64,000 nucleotides of DNA from Octopus vulgaris (GCA_951406725.2 OX597815.1:24986001-25050000), one strand, 5' to 3'; shown: positions 28,053 through 41,800, counted from the first letter of the stretch. Translations and numbers: made by a program. Notes: generated from the sequence alone by a model not told the origin.

Positions 28053-28729
28053 CATACATGTTGTTGTTCTTGTTGTTGGCATCCTTTTTGCCTTGGGAGA
28101 CAATGGAGTTGTGCATAAAATAATCTAGTCCGGTTTTTACATTTCATGTCCTAATACATCTCCTGCTGTGGCTGTGTAGTTCTATCCTGGACAAACACTC
28201 CCTCAGGCAGGTGCCGCAAACGTAGCGAAGACTTTGCCTGGCTGGTTTGTCATGTCATAGTTTCTTGTTGACGTCTTTTCTTGTCTTTCCATTTCTCCCC
28301 TCTCTCTCCCTCTCTCTCTGTCACTCCTTTGTGTTCCCTCTTTTATGGTACATCGCCAATCTCCACATACATACATACATGCACGAAGATTTCATTTAAT
28401 ACATTCAGTTTACATGAAAATTTCTTTTAATAAATGCATAAGAACATACACATATTTGCCAATGGGGATGCAGCTGCTAACCTATAGAACCGATATTTCA
28501 AGCCCCCAGTTGTTTGCCGAAGTGCTTTTCTTCTGATAACTAGTATCAAGGAAGGATATTTTTCTTTCATTATTTGTTTTTAATTTTTTTTTTTTTTTTT
28601 TTGTGAGTAATGAGATATTTGCTTTTAGTCCTCGTCAGTAATAAGAAAAAGTGAAGCTGATATCTGTTTTTATTCTTTCGATTTTGTTTTACAGTCAATG
28701 TCTTTTTTTTAGTAATGATAATGATGAAG

Positions 28730-29185
28730 ACAGTGGTAATGATGAAGACGACAGCGACGGCGGTGTGTGGCGGTGACAACGTCGAGATCAGTATCGGTGG
28801 TGGTGGTGGCTGTGATAATGGCTGTGGTGATGGTGGTGGTGGTGGTGGTCGTCGTCGTCGTCGTCGTTGTCGTCATCGTCGTAATGGTTGTAGTGGTGGT
28901 AGTCATGGTAGTGTGTAGTGCTTGTGGTGGTAGTAGCAGTGGCAGTGGTGGTGGCGATGGTGCTGGTGATGGCGGCGTCAGTGGTAGTGGTGGTGGCGGC
29001 GGCATCAGTGGTAATGGTAGTGATGGTGGGGGTGGGGGTGGGGGTGGGGGTGGGGGTGGTAGTGGTAGTGGTAGTAATGGTGGTGTGATGGTGGTGGTGG
29101 TGGTGGTGGTGGTGGTGGTGGTGGTGGTGGTGATGGTGGTGGTGGTGGTGGTGGTGGTGATGACGATGATGAGGATGTTGATGAT
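28730..29185. repeat. (GGT)/(CGT)/(GAT) trinucleotide low-complexity tract with (GGGGGT)n
   Basis: Direct reading. Confidence 0.9.
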
Positions 29186-29793
29186 CACGATCGTTTCTTC
29201 ATTTGACACAAGGATGACAGGACAAGGGAAGATTGCAAGACCAAATTTTAAAAAATTGCTAAGAGGAGATATTGAATCGAACAAGAGAAAAATTTTAAAA
29301 AATATATGCATATATTTTTAGGGTCAAGAAATGAACCCCATATATCCAAGGATTACTCTAACTACCTTTCCCTAACCTAGCGGCACATGCTGAGAGTGAA
29401 CCTATTAATCCGAACTATACTCTCCAATCAGCACCAGTCTTCCTCTTCTGTATATTTACTGAATAACAGCTGCTCATTATTTGCGTGGAACTTGAAGTTG
29501 ATAAGGCCTTGACAAAAGAGAAAAAAAGCGTCAGTCCTCAGTTTCTTTTAGCCTTGTCCCCCTTACGGTCTTTTTTTTTTTTTTTGTCATAATCACCAAA
29601 CAGAGGAAAACTGCCCGCATTTTCCCGGTCAAAAGAAGTATGCGACCGGATGATCCTCACAATAGATTTCTTTATATTCGAAACCCAACCTACTTGTGAT
29701 ATCAACTTCTCGACACTAAACACTCACGCCATTTTTGTAAATTGTTCTCGCAGAGTTTCCGCATTTCTCGACTTCATGGCAAATACAGAAGAG

Positions 29794-29843
<50 letters not shown>

Positions 29844-29850
29844 CATTATA

Positions 29851-29912
<62 letters not shown>

Positions 29913-29920
29913 CATTAAGA

Positions 29921-29974
<54 letters not shown>

Positions 29975-30031
29975 CTCTTTTTTATATTTTACCCCAGTGT
30001 CAATTTGATGGTATGCACTGCTCTCTCACTC

Positions 30032-30107
<76 letters not shown>

Positions 30108-30110
30108 TTT
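29794..30110. repeat. (ATT)n and (AAT)n in opposite orientation flanking a ~55-bp retroelement 3' end
   Basis: Central CCCAGTGTCAATTTGATGGTATGCACTGCTCTCTCACTC|AATAAT matches 31643-31695. Confidence 0.85.
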
Positions 30111-30373
30111 ATTATTATCATTATTATCATCATCATTATCAGCAAGTTGGCAGAACTGTTTGGGTGTTGGACAAAATGTTTAGCGGCTTGCTTTCTGATT
30201 CTTTACATTCTGAGTTCAAATTCCACTGGGTTCAACTTTTCCTTTCATCCTTTCAAGATCAATAAATAAGGTACTAATTGAACATTGAGGGTCGGTGCAA
30301 TCAATATACCCAGCCCTTCCCCTAAAATTAATGGTCTTGTGCCGAAATTGGAAACCATCATTGTATCATCATC

Positions 30374-30405
<32 letters not shown>

Positions 30406-30538
30406 CATCATCGCAATTCTCTACTAGTGTGGCAATACAGCCCATGGTGCATTAACTTTTGCATTATACAGAAGCTAGTGGTAAGCATGAACGATGACGT
30501 TTTCGAGGAGACAGGGTATCGTCGAAGATGAATTAAAC

Positions 30539-30950
30539 AGGCGCAGGAGTGGTTGTGTGGTAAGTAGCTTGGTTACCAACCACATGGTTCCGGGTTCAGT
30601 CCCACTGCGTGGCATCTTGGGCAAGTGTCTTCTGCTATAGCCTCGGGCCGACCAATGCCTTGTGAGTGGATTTGGTAGACGGAAACTGAAAGAAGCCTGT
30701 CGTATATATGTATATATATATGTGTGTGTATGTGTTTGTGTGTCTGTATTTGTCCCCCTAGCATTGCTTGACAACCGATGCTGGTGTGTTTACGTCCCCG
30801 TCACTTAGCGGTTCGGCAAAAGAGACCGATAGAATAAGTACTGGGCTTACAAAGAATAAGTCCCGGGGTCGAGTTGCTCGACTAAAGGCAGTGCTCCAGC
30901 ATGGCCGCAGTCAAATGACTGAAACAAGTTAAAGAGAGTAAAGAGAAAGA
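30539..30950 (+). mobile_element. Full-length SINE family B
   Basis: Complete head, body and tail. Confidence 0.9.
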
Positions 30951-31369
30951 GAGTCTGTTCCAGAGGAATTTCAATCCAGGCACTATAGCTAACTTCCAGA
31001 GATCCATAACCTAGCAACGCTTTCGCGTTGTTATTTCCGTTTCGGAATAAACTCTGCAGGTATGATAATGCTGTCAACCAAGCATTACCATACCTGTGAG
31101 ATATGCGCAGGGTGACGAAACGGCTCTGCATGGGGTTGCAGTTATTAAACTAAAGAAAGGGTTTTTCATGAACCCAAGTTCGGTTGTGGGTTGGTTTTAA
31201 TAGGATATTTGTGTTTAGTTGTCGTCAGTATTAAAAGCTAAAAAAAACTGAGGTGATATAGTCATTGATTCTATTTTATTGATTCTATTTTTTTACGATC
31301 AATGTCTTTTTAAGCACTAGTGATGATGACGATGATAACAGCGTCGCAGAGTTCTTGAAGCATGACAGG

Positions 31370-31697
31370 TAAACAAGTGCCACCGGGGTTTGAATAATTC
31401 ACCTCTGGAAACATGGATGTTTTGTTCATCATCCTTAAACTTACCTTATTCAGGGACCTTTTGAGCAGGATGGGTTATTCGACCAGAAGAAAATTCTAAC
31501 TGGATCCCACCTGCAAGGTTATGCGCTGTTTGTCTTGACATAAGATCACCATGTCGCCCACATATGCTTGTGATGCATGTGTCTGGAGTACCTTTATCAG
31601 ACGGGTAGTAATGATGAGTATACTGGGCATCGTATATTTGAACCCAGTGCCAATTTGATGCCATGTATTGCTCTCTCACCCAGTAATAATAATAATA
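31370..31697 (+). mobile_element. 3' portion of a retroelement ending in (TAA)n
   Basis: Terminus shared with 29980-30035; both run directly into (AAT)n. Confidence 0.55.
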
Positions 31698-31704
31698 TTT
31701 TCTA

Positions 31705-32090
31705 CTAAAGGCACAAGGCCTGAAATTTGGGGGTAGGGGCTTGGTCAATTACATCTACCCCAGTATTTCCCTGGTACTTAATTTATCAACTCCGAAAGGA
31801 TGAAAGGCAAAGTCGACCTCAGCAGAATTTGAACTCAGAATGTAGCGGCAGACGAAATACCTATTTCTTTACTACCCACAAGGGGCTAAACACAGAGAGG
31901 ACAAACAAGGACAGACAAACGGATTAAGTCGATTACATCGACCCCAGTGCGTAACTGGTACTTAATTTATCGATGAAGTTAAGGATGAAAGGCAAAGTCG
32001 ACTTCGGTGGAATTTGAACTCAGAACGTAACGGCAGACGAAATACCGCTAAGCATCTCGTCCGGCGTGCTAACGATTCTGCAAGCTCGCT
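31705..32090 (-). mobile_element. SINE family A (T-variant) joined to an older family A copy at GGTATTTCG
   Basis: Junction AAAGAAATA|GGTATTTCG on the minus strand at ~31861. Confidence 0.85.
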
Positions 32091-32999
32091 GATGATGATG
32101 ATGACGGTTTCAAATTTTGGGACAGGGCCAGAAACGAAGGAGGAGAGTTTACTTGATTAAAATCGACTCCTGTACCGGTTCTTTATTTTAAGAACTCCGC
32201 CCCGAGAGGATGCGAAGCAAAGCTGACCTTGGTTTATGAGTTGGGTATGAAACAGCCTGAACAAAGAAACAATGACAGTGGCTGCTGAATCGAATATAAT
32301 GGTAACAATGATAAAAAAAAAGTGAAATGAATGACAGAGAACAAAATGAACACTTTTCTCGTTATTTTAAAATAGCATGAAAATAACAATTAGAAGAGAA
32401 CAACAGCAACAACAAAAAAAACTGAATACGGCACAAGAGCAAACAAAGACAGCATCACTCATCATCACCCCTATTCCCTCCATTTCTACTTCAACAACAA
32501 CAATTACAATATAAATAATAGAATAACACATGACTCTACTGAACGGCAGCAGAGGTGACATTCCAATGAGGTGATCTGAAGAGATATAACAGAAAAGTCA
32601 TTACAAGGCTTCTAGGGGGGGCGCTTATGCTCTTTTATATGCCATGTGACGCATCCCCCACCCTTTAGGCTTACCACAGAAAAGGGTGACAGTAACCTCA
32701 GTGCAGGGGTACGTGGGAAAATACAGGGATTTATTGGAATATCTATCCGAGACTGTAGTAGCCGCTGTGTAGTGTTAGGCTGCAGGCTCTCTGCAAGCTG
32801 AGTCAGCTAACAGGTTTCCATTATTGCCAGTAGAAAACCCCTGTTTATCAAATTTGTCTCGTGTCCTTGTGAACATCATCTGAGAAACCTGACGACGGAT
32901 AAACTACGCCAGATAAACTGTCGATACACGTGATGGAATGTGTAAGTGCGGGCGCGCACACATATACAATCAGAGTAAACATAGACGTACACGAATGCA

Positions 33000-33024
33000 T
33001 AGATAGATAGACAGACAGACAGAC

Positions 33025-33091
<67 letters not shown>

Positions 33092-33120
33092 GGGAGGGAG
33101 AGAGAGAGAGCGAGAGAGAG

Positions 33121-33159
<39 letters not shown>

Positions 33160-33204
33160 CAGATAGACAGATAGATAGATAGATAGATAGATAGACAGAT
33201 AGAC

Positions 33205-33271
<67 letters not shown>

Positions 33272-33306
33272 CAGACAGACATAAATATATATATATATTG
33301 ATAGAC

Positions 33307-33381
<75 letters not shown>

Positions 33382-33420
33382 CGAACAAGTACTGGCAGAC
33401 AGATGGATAGATAGACAGAT
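33000..33420. repeat. (GATA)n/(GACA)n microsatellite (left flank of the LINE)
   Basis: Direct reading. Confidence 0.95.
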
Positions 33421-35619
33421 AAGTTTCTTTATTAGCCACACAGGGCCGAACACAGAGGGGACAAAATACGATGTAGAGCTTTTATTTTCGAAAAAAAAAA
33501 TAAGGAGAAAATAAATTTACGATCAAAAGGGATCGTGTAAAAAAAAAAAGAAGGAAAAAAACGATAAAAAGGGATTGTGTATCACAGAGAATATCAAAAG
33601 TTAAAAGCAGATTAGGTTTATCCGTGGAAAGAAAAGCCTACGAAAAAGACCACGGTAACGTCAGGCAGGGAGGGAAATCACAAGAGAGCAAAGTGCTCTC
33701 TCTCTCTCTCTGTCGCTTTTTTTTGGGGGGGGGGGGGGTTACAGTATTATGCTCAAACTGGTTTCGTCATTCGCGCGTACCGTTTTGCTACATTCACCCA
33801 CCTTTTATTGAAACTTTCACGAGACATAACTTGCCTCTCTATTCTCAACTTCCTTTTCAAGTGGTACTTGAAAAAGTTGATGAGCGATTGGCCAGAGAGG
33901 AAAGTGTTTGTCTCTAATCCTTTCGCTCGAGTCCACCACACATATTCTTTCACCATGGCTTCGAGTACGATGAAGACTGTCTTGCCTCCCCGGTTAAAGG
34001 AAGGTGGCGGAGCAATTTTCATGACAGACTCGGCCAACAACCGAATTCGTACCACATGTGACAGTAGCCGTTCGACATAAACCCACAGGTCCGAAATGGT
34101 TGGACACTGCACGAGTGCATGCAGAACGGTTTCGCCTCTCTGACCGCATCTCGGACAAGTCGATCCGGTGTGTTTTGAACCGTGCCTGTAAAGCTTATCC
34201 CGAACGGGCAATGCTTCTCGATAGCACTGCCAGGCCAGAGATGTCTGGTGATTGTTCATAGGTCCCGAAAGTTGACCTGAACAAGCGGGTCAGATGTTCC
34301 CCGTCGACGTCCAGATTCTGCCTGAGAACGTCGTCGCACAAGTTTGGTCCCGGACGGCAGAAATACTTGAGAGCAAGGCGACACTCGCGGTGCCATTCGC
34401 CTAGTCTCGGTCTCTGTTTGATCCACGACTGCAGTTCGGCCAAAGAGACGAGCAGCGGGAAAACGCGCCGCACAAACAGCGACCACACCTGTTCACCGTC
34501 ATCTATGAAGCGAAGTCTCAGCGCATGTCTGCGCATCATCAACCACGGCATGCCCAGCCCTCCATTTAGCGGGTGTATATAGCAAATGGATCGCCTAACC
34601 ATAGGAACTCTTGCCTTCCACAAAAAGCGGAAGAGTATGCGTTCCAGTTTGCTGATGCTAGGGTCGGGACAAGGCACGACGGTCAGATGGTAATCGATAA
34701 CGGATGTGATGTACGCGTTCACCACCTCCGCCCGACCTTTCATGGATACCTTCCTCTTGGTCCATTGCTGGGTGAGAGTGGTCACCCTACTCATTATCTC
34801 GTCCTAGTTCTTCTCTAACTGGAGGTCCGAACCGAACCAGACTCCGAGCTATTTAACCGGTCCGTCGGTCCGGCGTCCCACAATGGAGACGCTGTTCTAC
34901 GGCATGGGCTTGCTTCTCCAGGTGTCGATCCGCAAGCCCACTGACTTTTTCCCGGTTAATTTTTTTCTCCCGTTACCGCTTCGTATTCTTTTAGTGTCTC
35001 GCCGACCAGGTCGATATGCGTATGGCTCGACACTATCACGGTGACGTCGTCCGCGTATGCAGACACGCTCCTCCCTCATCCCAGCTCTCGCGGGATGCCC
35101 CTCAGCGTCGCCCGCTTCCGCAATAGTGACTGTGTGTGTTCTGTGTTTTGTGTATGATTTTAATGTGTTGTGGTGGTGGTGTTATGCGTGGATGATTGTT
35201 TTGGTATCGTTTTCTGTTATGTTTGACCTAATGTATTCCATTAGGTCTGGATTGTTAGTGTTTATAGCTGTCAACATTGTTGGGGCGTTTGGTGTTTGTA
35301 TGTTTGTGTTGATGCTTTTGTTTTCTGCGGGTGTTTTTTGTTTCGGGAGTGGTAAACCTCCCTGTTTTGTCTGCTTCTCGATTCTTTTTTGTTTTTACCC
35401 TTTTTCTCCTTCCCCCTGTGGCCACTTGCCAATCCTCTATGTCGTCTTCATCTGACGACATGTCGGAGGAATCAGAAGGCGGGAGGGGAAGGGTATTGGG
35501 GTCTATTACTGAGTGTGTTGATTTTGTTGTTGGTATTGGTGCTTGTTGGTGACAGTTGGGATGTGGTGTATGGGTTTTGGGGGGTGAGGTATGAGCCCTT
35601 TTGGTTTTCTCTTCTTCCT

Positions 35620-35620
<1 letters not shown>
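33421..35620 (-). mobile_element. Tx1-clade (L1 group) LINE, 5'-truncated and internally deleted, inserted in (GATA)n
   Basis: ORF1-like basic/acidic C-terminus (35255-35620); RT motif SAYADDV (~35043-35063); W..RKVSMKGR..FRFLW..HPLNGGLGMP (34195-34794); zf-RVT LAWQCYREALPV..CPRCGQRGETVLHALVQC (33753-34259); 3' end AATAAAGAAACTT; frameshifted. Confidence 0.9.
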
Positions 35621-35866
<246 letters not shown>

Positions 35867-36483
35867 GGACTGGGTGTGGGTGACGTTATCACTATATCAT
35901 TCATTGACATCTTGACCCAAAACCACACAGCTGCATGTTAGAACAGACTGTTCCTTTTTTCACTTATTTCTATTCATTTGTTTGGAAAATGTTTGACACG
36001 AAGGGAGTGTGTTCCCTCGGCATACTCTGTCTTTAAGTATATGTGTAATATAATGCTCTTTTTTACAAAGATATAGGAAACCGGAAGTAGGAACTGGTTG
36101 TGTTCTTGCGTTTCTTTGGGGGCGTCAGCGGCGCAAAGAAACTTTAACAGGATATTGAAAGTGGGTGGTAGATTGTGTGGTTTAAGAATTTCCTATTTAA
36201 ATATTGATTCTTATAGAGTCGCAATGTATTCAGATCTAAAATAATAGGAATCTTGTGACGTTTATGATCTTCATAAGACTACAAAGGAAGGAAATGCCTT
36301 GAATGCTAGTTTTCCTTTGCGACGCTAAAATCTAATTCGTTGTAGACCGTTTACAAAGCATAAGAACGAACCATATTACTAGAGAACAGAGAAACCTCAA
36401 TGCAGTCGGTCGACTTATCAGAAATAACAACCAAATTTCCCTCAAATCCTCATACACTAGCTACTATCTTTAAAAAAGAAATA

Positions 36484-36624
36484 TTAGGTTGTCCCAAAAG
36501 TTCGTAAACACTTGCGAAAATTGAATTTTTACTCGCCAAGTACTAACAAAAACAACAATAATTATTCCTCAAAATAAAGACCATTATTTTCCAAGACTTT
36601 CTACGAACTTTTGGGACAACCTTA
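36484..36624. mobile_element. 141-bp mariner-type MITE
   Basis: TA|TTAGGTTGTCCCAAAAGTTCGTA ... TACGAACTTTTGGGACAACCTTA|TA. Confidence 0.85.
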
Positions 36625-36749
36625 TAACACATTTGACAAAAGCAATCTGTATATCAAACTTAAAACAGATGTATTACTGAAAACCTACAAAACTAGTATC
36701 TGCATCGAGAAAGCATGTCTCTTATGAACGTATAGTGTTAACAAATACA

Positions 36750-36948
36750 GAAATATGTTAGCAGCAGATGAAAATCGTCCGGCATTACTAAAATATAATT
36801 CTGCTTCTTTGATCTTCGTCAGAAGCAAATAGCGAGGAAATGATTGGTCGTTAATGATTTAGTTAAAAGTGATTGAAAAATCATGGATGCTGCATTTAGC
36901 CGGCAGCGTAGATAAAAATGTGCTATTAGCAACCATGTAGTTAATCAT
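36750..36948 (+). repeat. ~200-bp segment duplicated at 39092-39704 (empty-site copy)
   Basis: Collinear similarity; single AAAAGTGATT at 36865-36874. Confidence 0.85.
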
Positions 36949-36971
36949 TTATATAGTTAGTCATATATACA

Positions 36972-37006
<35 letters not shown>

Positions 37007-37619
37007 GTAAGTATATACACACACATACATACACGAAAGGGAGAGTCATGGCCAGAGTGACGTTGACCATAGGTCTTTTCTATCGGAATTGACCTGAGGC
37101 TAAACAACGATTCACAATGTAGCAGTGCATTCACATCTGCGATGGATTGGCGGCTGCGCAGTAACAGCCTCGTCCGCATCCAATCAAGGACATCCTCCTG
37201 ATCTGGGAAATTTTCCTTCAAAGCCAACATCTGTTCTGTTAATCTGTTCTGCAAAAACATTTCCTGCTACACATAATTAACTAGCTGTGAACCAATCCAT
37301 CTTAGCGCAGCCATTTCACTTACTTTCATCATCCCTACTTTCTTTTCCCTTCACTCCCAAAACGTGCGCTACACACATCCCTCAATTATTTATCCCCAAA
37401 ACTAAAACCATCAGGGACTGACTCCATGCTCAAGACTTTCATTTTGGTGTCAGCTTGCAAACCTTCAAACTTAAATATCAACTGCATCGACCTCACTAGC
37501 CTTGCAGCTATTGCAAAGGTTGGGGTGCTGGCCCTCTTCCTCTCTATATAGTTTAAAGTGAAACAGGAACTGGAACCGGATTGGCGATTTCTTTTGATGA
37601 TAGCATATTTTCAAAGACA

Positions 37620-37965
37620 CGTACATACGCACGTACGTACATACGCACGTACGTACACGCACATGCATACATACATGCATACATGCATACATAAATACAT
37701 ACATACATACATACATACATGCATACATATGTGCATACATACAGACATATATGTGTACATGCATACACACACACACATACATACATAAATACATACATGT
37801 ATGCATACATAAGTACATACATGTATGCATACATACATAAATACATACATACATACATAAATAAATAAATAAATAAATAGATACAAATATACATACATAC
37901 ATACATACATACATACATACATACATACATACATACATACATACATACATACATACATACATACA
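37620..37965. repeat. (TACA)n-rich microsatellite
   Basis: Direct reading. Confidence 0.95.
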
Positions 37966-38371
37966 CGCATATGCATTAAGCAAAAGAGAAGGGAAAAGAC
38001 AGACAAAAACGAATGAAACCAAAAAATTACGAGGGATGGTTTTGTTTTGTTTTTTTACAATAGTAGATGTTGTTCTAGGCTTTTGTTCCCAAAATACGTA
38101 GTAGTTCCCATTTAAAACTTACCATAGGAAATTTGCTTATGGAAGCATGGCTGCTGTATTGGGTTCGTCAAGCAGTTATGCAGAAGCACGGTCGTAAGCT
38201 TATATCCATTCATCTGTCGGTGACAATAGACAGCTGTGCAATGCCGTTGCCTTGCACTTCCTCTGTTCAGTTTTTCCTTTCTTTCGCATCAATAAACTAA
38301 ATACCAGTAATATCATTCTCCTTTACCTTTTACTCGCTTCAGTCATTAGACTACGACCATGGTTGAGTACC

Positions 38372-38820
38372 TATTTCTTTACTGCCCACAAGGGGAAAAA
38401 CTCAGAGAGGACAAACAAAGACAGACAAACGGATTAAGTCGATTATATCGACCCCAGTGAGTAACTGGTGCTTATTTAATCGTCCCCGAAAGAATGAAAG
38501 GCAAAGTCGACCTCGGCGGAATTTGAACTCAGAACGTAACGGCAGACGAAATACGGCTACGCATTTCGCCCGGCGTGCTAACGATTCTTATTTCTTTATT
38601 GCCCACAAGGGGCTAAACATAGAGGGGACAAACAAGGACAGACAAACGGATTAAGCCGATTATATCTACCCCAGTGCGTAACTGGTACTTAATTTATCGA
38701 CTCCGAAAGGAAGAAAGGCAAAGTCGACCCCGGCGGAATTTGAACTCAGAACGTAACGGCAGACGAAATACGGCTATGCATTTCGCCCGGCGTGCTAACG
38801 ATTCTGCCAGCTCGCCGCCT
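38372..38820 (-). mobile_element. Two tandem SINE family A copies inserted into a SINE B
   Basis: TSD TGGTTGAGTACC (38360-38371, 38821-38832). Confidence 0.9.
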
Positions 38821-39234
38821 TGGTTGAGTACCGCTTTGAAGGATTTAGTCGAGCAGATCAACCCCAGTACTTATTTTTTAAAATCTGATGCATATTCTAT
38901 CAGTGACTTTTGTCGAACCGCTATGTTACGGTGACACAAACATACCAAAAACAGGTGTCAAGCGGTGTGAGAAGATAAACACAAACACAAAGACACACAT
39001 ACATGTATATACTATGGGCTTCACTCTCTTTCCATCTTCCATATTCACTCACGAAGCATTGGCTCGCCCGGGGTTATAGTAGAAGACAATATAGAAATAT
39101 ATCAGCAACAGATGAAAATCGTATGGCATTATTAAATATAATTCTGCTTCTTTTGATCTTCGTCAGTAGTAAATAGCGACTGGCATTACATGCGAGGAAA
39201 TGATCGGTCGTTAATGATTTAGTTAAAAGTGATT

Positions 39235-39620
39235 TGTGGAGGCGCAATGGCCCAGTGGTTAGGGCAGCGGACTCGCGGTCGTAGGATCGCGGTTTCGATT
39301 CCCAGACCGGGCGTTGTGAGTGTTTATTGAGCGAAAACACCTAAAGCTCCACGAGGCTCCGGCAGGGATGGTGGTGATCCCTGCTGTACTCTTTCACCAC
39401 AACTTTCTCTCACTCTTACTTCCTGTTTCTGTTGTACTTGTATTTCAAAGGGCCGGCCTTGTCACTCTCTGTGTCACGCTGAATATCCCCGAGAACTACG
39501 TTAAGGGTACACGTGTCTGTGGAGTGCTCAGCCACTTACACGTTAATTTCACGAGCAGACTGTTCCGTTGATCGGATCAACCGGAACCCTCATCGTCGTA
39601 ACCGACGGAGTGCTTCCACC
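39235..39620 (+). mobile_element. Full-length SINE family C (tRNA-derived head, Arg-like)
   Basis: A box TGGCCCAGTGG, B box GGTTTCGATTCCC; TSD AAAAGTGATT (39225-39234, 39621-39630). Confidence 0.9.
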
Positions 39621-39851
39621 AAAAGTGATTGAAAAATCATGGATGCTGCATTTAGCCGGTAGGCTAAATAAAAATTTGTTATTAGCAACCATGTAGTTAG
39701 TCATATATGTTGGTGTGTTTATGTCCCGTAACTTAGTGGTTCGGTAAAAGAACCGATAGAATAAGTACTAGGCTTACAAAGAATAAGTCCTGGGGCAAAT
39801 TTCTTCGAATAAAAACACTCTTTAAGGCGATGCTCCAGCATCTACTACTGT

Positions 39852-39883
<32 letters not shown>

Positions 39884-40235
39884 AAAATAGGATGACCATC
39901 CCTCGTAATTTTTTTGTTTCATTCATTTCCATAGTACTGTGCAGTGAGACTGAACCCGAAATCACATGGTTTCAAGTGAGCTTCTTAATCTCACAGTCAT
40001 AAACTAGTTCATTTCGACGAAAGAGAACAATTTCGATAATGTAGCATTGATGCATTAATGAAGTTAGCGACGTGAATGAATTGAGAGAGAAATTAAATTT
40101 ATCTGAGAATCGAAACCGCGATACAGTTTCTGTTTCCCTAGTCGGTCTAGGCCATCTACATAACAATTCTTAACGAACATCTATAGGAGACACCCTGATT
40201 TGGCCTTAACCGTGGTGACTAAAACTAGATAAGAA

Positions 40236-40778
40236 CTGGCATTCTGTCGGTCACAACGGCGTGGGTCCCAGTTGATCCGATTGTGAAATTAATGAGGAAA
40301 GTGGTTGAGCACTCCACAGACTCGCATACCCTTAACGCAGTTCTCAGGGAGATTCAGCGTGACACAGAATGTGATAAGGCTGGCCCTTTGAATTACTGGT
40401 ATTAAAGGCAGCGAGCTGGCAGAATCGTTAGCACGTCGGGCGAAATGCTTAGCGGTATTTCGGCTGCCGTTACGTTGTGAGTTCAAATTCCGCCGAGGTC
40501 GACTTTGCCTTTCATCCTTTCGGGGTCGATAAATTAAGTACCAGTTACGCACTGGGGTCGATATAATCGACTTAATACCTATGTCTGTCCATGTTTGTCC
40601 CCTCTATGTTTAGCCCCTTGTGGGTAATAAAGAAATAGGTATTACTCATTTTTGCCTGTTGAATGAACTGGGGCAATGGAAAATAAAGCGTCTTGCTCAA
40701 TGACACAATGCATCGCTCGGAATCGAACTCACGATCATAAACCGAATACGCTAATGACTAAGCTACACGCCTTCACTT
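40236..40778 (-). mobile_element. Family C-related SINE interrupted by a plus-strand SINE A (40405-40637)
   Basis: 3' half matches 39440-39620; inserted SINE A has TSD GGTATTA (40398-40404, 40638-40644). Confidence 0.85.
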
Positions 40779-41219
40779 GTTAAGAACTAACAACGTGTAG
40801 GTTACGAACACAGAGCCTTTCATAGAGTAGTAAGTGACTATACATTATGTTGAGTTCAGTTTAATAAAGGCAAGGAATGATATAAATCAAGGTTCAAAGT
40901 GGAAACTGGTGAGGAAATAGAATTTGAGAAAAGAGGAAGGGAGAAGTAGACGGGTATAAATATATATAGGGTCAGGAAATGAATGGGGGGTGGGGGGATG
41001 ATGGGAAATGGGAAGGAGATGAAAGTGACATTAGATGTGACAAGAAGGGAAAGTGAAAGTAAGAGAGAGAGAAAGAGAGAGGCAGTAAAGAAAGGTGACA
41101 ACATGCATGTGTGCAATGTATGCGTGCGTGCGTGTGTGTGCCCCTCCCTCCGATAATAAGCCTCATACATACTCCACAGGGTGCATCATAATTAGTCTCT
41201 GCTAGGCATATATGTAACC

Positions 41220-41295
41220 GTACATATATATATATATATATATACATGTATATATTTACGTATTTAAGTATAAATGTATGCATGTACGTACGTAC

Positions 41296-41326
<31 letters not shown>

Positions 41327-41469
41327 TGTATGTATGTACGTATGTATGTATGTATGTATGTATGTATGTATGTATGTATGTATGTATGTATGTATGTATG
41401 TATGTATGTATGTATGTATGTATGTATGTATGTATGTATGCACGTAATATGTATACACGTATATATATA

Positions 41470-41520
<51 letters not shown>

Positions 41521-41800
41521 ATGTCATCCTTATTTACCCCTTCTACATCTAATATCCCTTTTATATTCTCCCCCGCTCTCTCTCTCTCTCTCTCTCCCTC
41601 ATCCCCTCATTCGTTTGTCATTTCTGTATCTCTCCCTTTCTTTTAAACCTTATTTATACACAAATCTCCAGTCTTTACACGCTCATGCACACATTCACAC
41701 ACACACACACACACTATAATATATACACACGTATGTGTATATATTTACATGCGTACAAACACGCACAAAGGCACAAACGCACGCGTTTGATAGCACATGC

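Noticed and set aside
28709-29321. Gly-rich or Pro/Thr-rich protein ORFs (184-200 aa)
   Set aside because: Trinucleotide repeat tract open on both strands; no convincing splice or domain context
29602-29700. Possible terminal exon RKTARIFPVKRSMRPDDPHNRFLYIRNPTYL
   Set aside because: Short frame, weak acceptor, no linked upstream exon or homology
39235-39320. tRNA gene
   Set aside because: A and B boxes present but no proper acceptor stem; continues into a SINE body bounded by TSDs
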